Source of the DNA: Yuukianura sp. NJ FZ-2021
Taxonomy: Eukaryota
Assembly (NCBI GenBank): GCA_046563655.1
Contig: CM102286.1
Span: 992,001 to 1,056,000, forward strand
DNA: 64,000 nt
Reading direction: 5' to 3'
In this document: positions 26,572-36,749 of the stretch, in pieces
Layout: each line of letters starts with the position of its first letter
How positions within the stretch are numbered: position 1 is the stretch's first letter
Position numbers and translations under genes: made by a program
The notes under the pieces: generated by a model
The model's input: the letters and a program-made list of their open reading frames with translations, nothing else
Database searches by the model: none
Told to the model about the DNA's origin: nothing

Positions 26572-26652
26572 GGGAGCGTAGCAAAGCGGTTAATGCGCTG
26601 GTTTAAGGCACCAGTCTCTTCGGAGGCGTGGGTTCGAGTCCCACCGCTCTCA
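26572..26652 (+). tRNA. tRNA-Leu(AAG), intact, carried within the element
   Basis: Acceptor GGGAGCG/CGCTCTC-A, A box TAGCAAAGCGG, anticodon arm CTGGT-TTAAGGC-ACCAG, long variable arm, B box GGTTCGAGTCC, downstream T-run terminator. Confidence 0.92.
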
Positions 26653-26875
26653 GTAAATTTTTTTTTTCAATTCTTTCAAACTTTTTTTAGCTCAAAATTG
26701 TTAATTTGTTACCGAAAAATTTTTAAACATTTAATTTAAGTTTGGTTTAATTTAAGTAGGATTTTTTGTTTGCTCCTTCACATTGCACATTCACTCCATA
26801 CTCTGCTTTTCTCATGACAAGGTCAGCATTTCATTTATTACTGAAATTTCATAAAAGTTCCCTGTGGGTCAATTA

Positions 26876-26942
26876 CGGTCTAAGGCGCCAGTTTAAGGCA
26901 CTGGTCTCTTCGGAGGCGTGGGTTCGAATCCCACCGCTGTCA
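26876..26942 (+). pseudogene. 3' portion of the interrupted host tRNA-Leu(AAG)
   Basis: CGGTCTAAGGCGCCAGTTTAAGGCACTGG...GGTTCGAATCCCACCGCTGTCA plus a T-run. The first ~15 nt are missing locally. Confidence 0.9.
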
Positions 26943-27119
26943 CACTTTTTTGCTTTAATTTTTTCATTTTTGATACCCCAGCAGAATTTAAGGTTACCGC
27001 CAAGCGATTTTTCAGAAGAATTTACAAAGCCCGATTTGATTTGATATTTTTCATTCCGGTGCGGAAAAAAAATCTTGCTTCCGTCTACCTCTTTACGCCT
27101 CCATAATTATTGTGAAAGG

Positions 27120-27402
27120 TGAATTAAATTTCCCCGATTAACTTCTCGCCGTTTAAAGTTTCCCCAATTAACTTTTCGCCGTTTAAATTTTCCCCAATTA
27201 ACTTTTCGCCGTTTAAAATCCCCCCAGTTAACTTTTCCCCGTTTAAAATCCCCCCAATTACATTTTCCCCGTTTAAAGTTCCCCCAATTAACTTTTCCCG
27301 TTTTAAATTTTCGCCAATTAAGTATTCGCCAATTGCTAAATTGGCGAAAGTTAAAGTTTTTAATTGGGGAAACTTTAATTGGCGGGGGAAAGTTTAATTA
27401 GT
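27120..27402. repeat. Tandem ~15/30-bp array (ccccaattaacttttcgccgtttaaa) followed by inverted copies; MITE-like
   Basis: About 7 direct 30-bp units, then reverse-complement units (taattggggaaactttaattggcg). Confidence 0.8.
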
Positions 27403-27614
27403 TTTGCTACTAATATCCCTCCATAGCCCATTACGCTTCCGCACGTTTCGGAAGATAAATCGGATTTACGAACCGAAAAAACCCGGCGCGACTCGGAGTG
27501 AAAGTTCTCCCGAAGTCTGCTTCTGCCGGAAGTACAGGTCGATTTTAGGAGAAGGTTTTTGGAAAAGTGTGAAATCTTTGGAATTTAGGTAACTTTCCAA
27601 AAAACAAAACAAAG

Positions 27615-29364
27615 ATGTTTTTCAAAATTTTAATTATTGCTGTTTTCGCAAATTCTGCAAATGGATTTCAGTTGATTCGTGAAGAAATGGTTGTGTCTTC
27701 ATCTGAATTAACAGTTTTTACTCTCTCACCATCGTTGTTTCATTGGGAATGGACTCCAGGTGAAAAGTTTCTTTAAAAAACAACTTTTTAAAAATTTTAA
27801 ACAAAATTTTTAACTTTTTGTCAAAGCAGAAATCGTCAAACAAATTGAATACTTCCCAAGAAAGGCCGAAGCAGCAGATCTTCCAGCATGGCTTCACTAC
27901 ACATACGACGAAGTGACATCCGTTGGACACCTTTATGGCACACCACCACAGGAAACCATGGTCGTGTCCATTGACGTTGTCGCCGTCAATCGAAACTTCA
28001 GTTTTGACGTGCGTCAACTCACTTTGACGTTGAACGTTATTCCTCAACCACCACTGGACTACGTCGTGGAACTCAAAATTGATAACATGGAGCCCAGACA
28101 TTTTTGCAACACCAAAGAAATTTTGCGACTTGCAAAAACTTTTAGCAAATTCCTGGATTGGCACTACAAAGACGGCAGTCCAGCTACGCCTGTATATTTG
28201 GCATCACCAAATGACGTTGGAGAAATTGACTTTTCCCGGTCATATGGAGCTCAAGGGTAAGAATAAATTTTCAATTTTGACAAATTTCAAATTTTCTAAA
28301 ATTTTCAAAAAACTTTTCTTGAAGTGTCATCATTCACCTTGGCTCGGACATGAACTTCAGTACAGAGATGATCAAATTGCAGAATGAGGTTTTGCCACTA
28401 GCAAAACTTCGTCCATGTCCTCAAAATTTGAAACGGACGTCAGTTGAAAAGTATTTCAGAAGTCAGCGCATGATTGTAGACTGGTGTTCGTTCAAATTGA
28501 AATACAATAATGACCTTAACTCAACATCGGGGTCAGAGGTCAATCCAGGTCAAGATGAGCAAGAATTTGGAGACTTTTCTAAACAAATTCCACCACTAAG
28601 GACGTCGCTTCCAGAAAAAAGCTACACGAGCACAGTCCTTTTGGTTACGATTGTTCCAGCGACGCTCGCTTCACTAATCACGGTCATCCTCATTGGAATT
28701 TTTTGGAACGACGAAGATGAGACGCTTCCAGTGTAAGAAAAAAAAATTGACATCAAAAACTTTCAAATTTTTATGCTTTTTAAAAAATTATCTTTGTTTG
28801 CTCAAACAGGAACGGAGACATTTTATTTTTTGAAACCGCGTTTCGAATACTTTTCATTTTGTTCAGGTTTCTCTATTTTTTTTTATTTCTTAATTAATTT
28901 ATTAATTAATTAAGCCACGCGCTGTTAAAAAAAAATTCCCAGAGAAAATTTGATAAAACCTGGATTATATTTTTTGTTTTGAAAACAAGTTTTAATTTTT
29001 GTTTGTGATTGTGTGACGTTAGTTGCAAAAGTGAGACGCAGTACTACAATGACATTGAAGATACCGCATTGGCCAGAAGTGGGCCTGCTGGAACCAGTTA
29101 CCAACCGTATCAAGATGTAACTGTGGGTGATGATGATGACAACTTTTTTCTCATTACTGGAGACGAGTCCAGGCATGACCCTGAGGATGACCTTCGACCT
29201 CAAGCCAGAGAAGATCCACTTCCACAGTACAGGCATGTGGCTCCTCCCGCTGTGCATCCAAAGTAAGCAACAAACATAACTTTTTAGCATAAAAATATAT
29301 ATAAAAAAATTTTATTTTTAAATTATTTCGCAGTGGGAGTCCCGCCCTCACCTACGCCGTTTAA
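27615..29364 (+). CDS. Alpha/epsilon-sarcoglycan
   Basis: Signal peptide, cadherin-like DLPAWLHY..GHLYGTP, CP..DWCSFKL, a single TM helix, and a cytoplasmic tail ending LTYAV*. Confidence 0.85.
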
Positions 29365-29745
29365 AATTTCGACATCTCGGAACATGTTCATCAGATTTTC
29401 CATCAAAATTTCGCTTATAAAAGCATGAATAGTATAATCAAGTTGAGTTTACAATGAAAACCTAACAAAACCTTAACTCAAACTAATTAAATTTAACATT
29501 AACAGTACTTTAGTATTTTAGCTTTAGTTACAGAGATCATTCACGATGAAGACATGCAAATTTGTCACGCAACGTTTCAACTGCCTACAAGGCAAAGTCA
29601 CTAAACAAGTTGCACACGGGAGACCAAAAACTAAATTTTGTGAACAAAAATTAGTGTCACTCCGTTCGAATATTTGCTTTCAATTGATCACAAAACTTTT
29701 TTTTCTTTGAATTTCACAAATTTTCAAAATTTTACTTCCATCGCC

Positions 29746-30252
29746 ATGAGGCTACTGAAGGGAATTGTCGAATTTGCTACTATTCTGGTGGTAGTACTGC
29801 ACAGGCGTCAAGTTTCTGCAGCAGCTACAGTTACAGTTACAAGAACTGTAACAACAACAGTAACATCTACTTCACGTTACACCACAACAGTAACGCAACC
29901 ACTGCCACATGGCTACACTTCCAAGTTGACCTCTTGTACTAACAGGCTCAGCTCATGTTCCAGAACACTCTCGTCATCGGCGCATGACCTCTCGACCTTG
30001 TCCAGAACACTTTCGTCATTGTCCAGCACCCTGCTCACAGTCAAGCAACATAGCTGTGTCACTTCGCTCAACGCTGCAGAGTGTTCTCAGAATTTGGCTG
30101 CCCGTTCGATTCAAGCTAGCCGCTGCTCAAGCAAAACAATTCCAACGCCACTTCCTACCGTATGCCAAGGACCGGGCTTTGAAAGTGTTAAAACAGCGCC
30201 AAATCCAAATCAAAATGCAACAGGAATAGAAGTTCTGGAACCATCATTTTGA
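29746..30252 (+). CDS. Small secreted Thr/Ser-rich protein of unknown function
   Basis: Single exon with gccATG context, hydrophobic leader, TVTVT.. tract, Leu heptads and several Cys. Confidence 0.55.
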   Translation: MRLLKGIVEFATILVVVLHRRQVSAAATVTVTRTVTTTVTSTSRYTTTVTQPLPHGYTSKLTSCTNRLSSCSRTLSSSAHDLSTLSRTLSSLSSTLLTVKQHSCVTSLNAAECSQNLAARSIQASRCSSKTIPTPLPTVCQGPGFESVKTAPNPNQNATGIEVLEPSF

Positions 30253-30509
30253 ATTAACTCTTAATTAACTCGGTTAATTAATTACGTAACTAATTAATTA
30301 TAACTGGGAATGTCTTAATTAATAAACAGGTTTTAGGTGTAAAGGTCACCGTAACACTGTTTTTGCTTTAATTTTTTTTCATCGAAAATATAAAAGGAAA
30401 ATTTCAATTCGAAGGAAAACATATTTTCCAATTGCCACTAAATTCATTTTCTGCACATTTTGAAGTTTGACGTGAGTTTTTGCTGTATTGCATTTGCGTT
30501 TTGCCTGAC

Positions 30510-31726
30510 ATGATTGCAGAAGCGTTTTTCACCACTCCATTGACTAATACAACGACAAAGAGAAAAAGTAAGCAAACCTTCAAAATTTTGGCAACTTATT
30601 CAACAAAAAGCATTAAAAAGTTGTGTATTTAGAAAAGGAAAACGGAAATATCCAGAAAAAACCTGTGCTTGGAGTCGTTGCTTTTGATTTCGGAGAATTA
30701 AGGGATCCAAAATTTGGAATGTTGCGAATTAGTGGCAAGTTTCCGCGAATTTACTCAAAATTTAAACGCGAGACTTTAGCGGAAGAAGATTTGAAGGAAA
30801 TGAGTGCCAAATTGATGAAATGGTTTAATCCGTTTTTCAAATACTATTTTGAAGGAGACGCTCTACAAGAATTAAGTGAAACTGCTTTCCAGTATGCAGC
30901 ATTCATCTATCCACAAGCGGAAATCGGCAGTACTCAACTCACTTTGGCAACAAAACTTTTTTTCTGGATGTGGATTTCGGACAATGTTGTAGAATTGGCA
31001 GTATCCAAGAAAGTTTCATTTGAAACCCTAAATTCCGGATTTCGTCAGATACACAAACTTTTCAAAAATGGCGACACGAAATTTGTTGAAGTCGAAAATT
31101 TCGCGGGATTTCGCGTCCTGTTTGAATCTCTTATTAATTTACGCGCCGAATTTGTGCAAAATGTACCAAATTTTGAAAGTAGAATTGAACATTTTTGTTA
31201 CTATTTTAAGAATTACTCAAATGCTCTACGCTGGTATGCTGTTGACCACATTGACCACAAATACTCGGAAGAAACTTTTTTGAATTTTCGACGCCATGAC
31301 AGTTTTGCACTTGGATCGTGTGAGTTGCTTTGGATTTTGGAAGGAGGTTGTCTTCCTGAAGATATTTTTGGTGCGCCGTCTCTTCGGCGTCTTCTGGAAC
31401 TTGCAAGTTCCTATTTTGTTTATGTTAACGATTTAGTTGGAGTGAAAAAGGAATTGAAAAATGGTGATTTTGATAGTTTTGTGATGTTTAAAGTTATTCA
31501 AAAGGGCAAGTCACTGACTGAAGCCACCGAAGAAGTGGTGGAAGCCATGAGACGTGACCTTACAGAGTACCTGATACTGCGCAGTACTGTTCTTCAAGAG
31601 TTCAACTCTGACATAAGCTTAACAAAATATTTAGAAGTAGTTGACGCAGTTCTAGAAGGAACAGTCAGATTTCATATCAGTTCAAAGCGGTATCACGCCG
31701 TTGGACTTTCACAAGTGACAGAATGA
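30510..31726 (+). CDS. Microbial-type class I terpene synthase (short 5' exon 30510-30567 plus a long exon from 30633)
   Basis: Asp-rich motif variant SDNVVE, FRRHDS sensor Arg, NSE-like NDLVGVKKE and C-terminal SKRY, in the correct spacing within ~370 aa. Confidence 0.85.
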
Positions 31727-32068
31727 CTAAAAAAAAATAAACACTTCAACTTTTGAAACGAAAAATTCACCTGATTAATGCGTACCTTAGTTAAATCTAA
31801 TTGAAAGTATTGATTTTGAAGCAAAAGCTGAATAAAAAATAATACGACATAAAAACGACTTGAAAAATTTGTTGTTGGACATTTAGAATTCTTTTTTTTT
31901 TTTACTAAAGAAGTGAAATCTACTTTGTAAAGCTCTCTGTCCGTCCGTCCGTCAGTCACTCAACAGTTCTGTAGAATAAACTGCAGATTTTCTTTCGCTA
32001 CTCAAGTTACTTTGGTTTTATAAATGGGGTGTAAAGGTATAATTTATTTGTATACATTGCTTCATAAC

Positions 32069-32246
32069 CAAGGTTGTCAAAAATATGTGCCAAATGACAA
32101 GAGATATTTTTATAAATCGCCCAAATATTTACTTATTTAACGTTAACGGAATGGGCAAACAAGTAAATATTTTGCAACAAAAACCCTCAAATATTTCTTT
32201 GTATCAACATTACGGGCATGGAGACTAAATATGTTTGACATCCCTG
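32069..32246. mobile_element. hAT-like MITE
   Basis: TIR CAAGGTTGTCAAAAATAT / ATATGTTTGACATCCCTG, with a perfect 8-bp TSD TTCATAAC. Confidence 0.85.
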
Positions 32247-32297
32247 TTCATAACTATATTAACTTCAAGGCTATGTTTTGAGCAACTCGTTTCTCAT

Positions 32298-33561
32298 TTA
32301 GCGAAATGAGAGGAGAACGTTGATCAAATTTCCAAGGACGACGTCAAAGGTCACAAGCAGAGTTCCGGGGTCAACAAAATAAAATCCACCAATGTGGATC
32401 CGAATGTCACGAACTGGATTCAAAATTGACTTTTTCTTATGTACGTCAGGGAGTTCTGGACTATGTTTCAGTTTGAGGAGAATGTCAGCCGCTGTTTCTG
32501 TCAAGATGCTTGAAGCTTTTGTTAACATTGTAATTACAAAGATATTGAAAAAGATGATGGTAGTGGAAACGTAGGCATTCAGAAATCCAATTTTAGAGTA
32601 AAATAAAAGTGTAAGAGCAGAGAGCATGATGATTGTGATTTGGGCTAAAGTGATTCCAACTGGTAAGAAAATTTTCGAAAACGCTACGCTGTACATGACG
32701 TTCATGTATCTCAAACTCTTGTAGAGCTGCAATGTTTGGTCAAAATTTATCTTTCCCGCATCAAATTTTTTCCTAAAGAGAAAAAAAATTTCTTCAGAAA
32801 CTTTTTGTGGCAAAATTTTTTTGGAAATTTTTTTTGCAACTTACAATAAATTTTTGAGCCAGAGACAAGTGCTAATGAGGTAGAGTAAGTTCAGAGCCAC
32901 AAAATACGTAAAAGTGCGCCAATTCCAAAAAATCCACCAAAATGTAAAAACGGAATAAAAGTGTCGTAGTGGCGTCATGCCAAAGATGTAAATAAATCCA
33001 TTGACCTGTAGCAAGTCCATGGCCCACACTATGCTTGGTTAGTACAATTGTACAAAATTTGTTGTAATGTTTGTACAAAATTGTACAATTGTACCTAACA
33101 ATTGTACAAAAGACCGTGGTCATGTCCATGACCATCATGAGGAAGGTCAAAGGTCGTTGACCTGGCAGTTTGTCCATGTCTACTCCCATCTTTGCTCCCA
33201 ATGAATAGTTCATTGCAAAAAAGTGGCTTAGGAATTGCTCAACTTCGGACTGTTGAGCAAACGAAACGTAGCGAATAAGTGTACACCAATTGATTGCACA
33301 CAAGTACATAACAGGCATCAGGGCTGTCATGACAGTATCAGGATTCAGGAGTCTCCTAAATGTCATGTACCCGTATACAACATTGCACCAACTTCGTGCC
33401 AAAATATCCAAAAATAGTACAATGTTGACCAACATTTTACGGTTAGCAACTTCCGACTCGAATTGGCGTGTTTTTGAATTCCAATTGCTTGGAATCAAGT
33501 ATAATTTTGTATTCCAAGAGATAAATCGACTGAAAGTTTTCAAATTCCGTTCAGACAACAT
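32298..33561 (-). CDS. Gustatory-receptor-like chemoreceptor (3 exons)
   Basis: Multiple TM helices. C-terminus IRIHIGGFYFVDPGTLLVTFDVVLGNLINVLLSF. Introns at 33094-33034 and about 32843-32775. Confidence 0.72.
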
Positions 33562-34820
33562 TTTTTACTGTTCAAAGTTCCCTTCCAATTTTCCAAAACT
33601 GTTCAAATTTTCTAAAATTTTTGATTTTCTGAAATGCGTTGTGTTGAACTAAGCAGTTCTTGAGGGCAAATGAGTCGTCGCAAGTCAAAGGTCTTGATAG
33701 AAATAGGAGACAAACGATAAAGACACAAAAATTTTTGTTGAAAGATTGTTCGTGAACTCCTCGTTTTTATCGTAAAATCTAACATTTTCATTTAAAATAA
33801 TGAAAATTTTGGAAATCGGGCATGGCATAAGTAGTAATAAATTTTGATTACTTTGATTAACATGGGAGTTACAGAAGTTAAGTGTTTTAATTAAAAAAAA
33901 CTGCAGGAGTCCAGTCTGATTAAAACAGTTTGGAAGGGCGGGTGGAAAAAAAAACGGAAAAAATTTTGATTTTGGAAGCTATTTTCCGAAAATGAGATTT
34001 GAATAACTTTTAATTACGTTCACTCTAACTGTTTTAGATAAGTTAATCAAACTGGAATAATCCTGATGAGTGTGTATTAAGTCAGAGTTCCAGTTAGCCT
34101 TGACTCACTCGTGCTGTAAAAGTGAATCAAAATGCTAAATAAAAAAAAATTCAAATTTTGAAAAAATAAATTACATGGTCTCCAAATCGCTTCTTTTGCA
34201 TCACATAACATCCCTAAGTTAGCAGCAACGTCGTCGCATAAAATTGACACAAGGGAATCCCTCTATTAAAAAAATGAAAAACTAAAAAATTTTTTGATTT
34301 TGGAAGACGACGATTATTACTTTTACCTTTGTTTCCACAACATTTATTGCACATTTTGTCATTGCAGCCGAAACCGTCTTTTCCTTAAAAAAATGAAATG
34401 TTGAATCAATTTTTTGGACGATATTCACCAAAGCTAAGAAAATTTGAGTTAAAATTACCACATGATTTCGCCAGTGTTTCCATAAAAATTGTCAACAGGA
34501 ATAGCAGGAGCAGCAGCGTTATAAATTTTGTGTACTTCATATTTGATTAATATTGCAATGATTACTGATTTTAAACTTTATTTATTCTTAAGAAATGAAG
34601 GTTGGCGCTACGGAATGCGAAACGTTGAAAAGCGACAGTTTTTGCAATGACGCAACTCTGAACATAAAATTTTTGGTTGATTTGTGCTTTACTGTTTTAT
34701 TAATGTGACCTTTACATTGACTTGAGGAACAAAGGAATATTTTCAATTCTATTCCGCCGCAAATTGTTTTATGATGACATTCTACCTTGATTTTTTATGG
34801 CGTTGTTCCGACTGTTAATG

Positions 34821-35846
34821 TATGGAGGGAGTTTGGTAGCAAAATTATTTTAAAGTTTCGCGCGTTAAAACATGTTCCGCCAAATAAAAACTAACGTTTT
34901 CGCGTATTACTTTAATGCGCGAAAACTTTTTTTAATTGCAGTAATTTTAATTGCAGAAAAATTTTAACGCGCGAAAAAGTCTAAGCGTACGGTAACGGAA
35001 CGTACGCTTAGGAACCGTACGCTTATGAAACGTACGCTTAGAAAACGTACGCTTAGGAAACGTACGCTTAGAGAACGTACACTTAGAAAACTTACGCTTA
35101 GAATGCATGTCCAATAGAAATCACATTGCCAGAACTGATCAGAATTAGTATTCTGTAAATTATTATTTATTGTCTATTATTATTTATTATCTATTGTAAA
35201 CTATAAAACACTTCTTTTCTCATATGCTTTGTAAGGTTTTCAAAAATGTGTAGCCTCATCCAGTTGTGACGGCGGTGTATTTCCCCACCGTCAGAGGAGT
35301 AGGGGGACCCGCGCAGAGCCGCAGAGGAGGAGGAGCCCTTTGCTCCACCCCTTTGGATTCGTCCATTTCTTCCTGTGGATATCCAGCCGTGGACGAAATG
35401 TCAAAAAAGTGGATATCCAGCAACACTGGATGAGGCTACACATTTTTGAAAACCTTACAAAGCATATGAGAAAAGAAGTGTTTTATAGTTTACAATAGAT
35501 AATAAATAATAAATAATAATAGACAATAAATAATAATTTACAGAATACTAATTCTGATCAGTTCTGGCAATGTTATTTCTATTGGACATGCATTCTAAAG
35601 CGTAAGTTTTCTAAGCGTACGTTCCCTAAGCGTACGTTTCCTAAGCGTACGTTCCTAAGCGTACGTTCCGTTAACGTACGCTTAGACTTTTTCGCGCGTT
35701 AAAATTTTTCTGCAATTTAAAATTACTGCAATTAAAAAAAGTTTTCGCGCATTAAAGTAATACGCGAAAACGTTAGTTTTTAATTGGCGGAACATGTTTT
35801 AACGCGCGAAACTTAAAAATAATTTTGCCACTCAACTCCCTCCATA
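34821..35846. mobile_element. Foldback-type element: ~430-bp near-perfect inverted arms, internal 16-bp tandem repeats, GC-rich ~160-bp spacer
   Basis: 34821-35264 is the reverse complement of 35425-35846. TTAATG is directly repeated outside both ends. Confidence 0.9.
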
Positions 35847-36749
35847 TTAATGGGAATAGTCGCCTCCAACTTTTCAAAACTGAGAGTTTGAGATTTCAGA
35901 AACGAAATCCGCGGGAATCTGACTCTGTTTCAAATTTTGAATTTATGAATTACCTATGATGTTGTGGGTTGACGTAAACTTTATTACTAGTAGTTGTGAT
36001 CGAAGTAAGCATCACAAGTGTAAACCCATATTGTAGACTCGCCGAACTCAAAAACCTAAAATTGACATTATTGTACCTCCAGGACCCCCTAGGTTAGGCT
36101 TTGTTGGGTGTACACATGACGGAACACAGCTTTGGGTATGCAGGTCAAATTCAAGATTTTGAATTCCCGACTTAGAATGTCAATCCGATGAAAATACAAT
36201 AATACAATGCTACACCCTTATAAAAGTGTACTATAATGCTAACTTATGTGGAGGTACAATACAATGCTAACTTGTTAAGAGAGACACAATACGTTGTTGC
36301 TAACTGATGGGTACAATTATTTGTAGTAATGCTTACTGCAACCTTGTTTTGCTGTGGTGCGCTAATTTTTTTTTTTGCATGGAAGCATCATCGTGTGTTT
36401 GTTAGGATTGGTTTAATTTAACAGCGCACCGCAATTATTTTTTGTTCTTGGAATTAATTGCGTTTGCATTTACCTTAGGAGGAATGGGATTTCAATTGAT
36501 TCTTCGCTACTCTTCTACACATGAGCTGGATCGTCCTGTTCTAACACACGGTGGATTTATTTACGCAAAGGACAAACGGTACGTTCATTAACATTACGAT
36601 TGATTTACGTTTTATGTAAATATATTTACTTAAAGTTAATTACAAGTTATTAATTTCTGGTTTTGCTCAATTTATCATGTTTTAGGAGTTGAAGGTATCG
36701 CTGTTGACGACTTCAGGAATCGTTACAGTTTTGCATTAAACTGGTTCAA

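Larger units (their letters stand above)
23637..26875. mobile_element. tRNA-Leu-inserted element with short TIRs, one spliced ORF and a cargo tRNA
   Basis: Bounded exactly by the two tRNA halves. Ends TTGACCACAC and GTGGGTCAA(TTA). Confidence 0.8.

Noticed and set aside
23637..26875. Assignment to Dada, Crypton or tRNA-derived SINE/LTR classes
   Set aside because: No 6-7 bp TSD or DDE motifs, no complete R-HxxR-Y set, and no LTRs, RT or poly(A) tail visible. Left unclassified.
26572..26942. Simple tandem tRNA pair with one decayed copy
   Set aside because: The second copy is undamaged apart from a clean 5' truncation, and the missing part is found at 23623 next to a matching inverted terminus.
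30510..31726. Bacterial contamination as the source of the TPS or BVMO
   Set aside because: Both have spliceosomal introns and host-like AT-rich flanks contiguous with arthropod genes.
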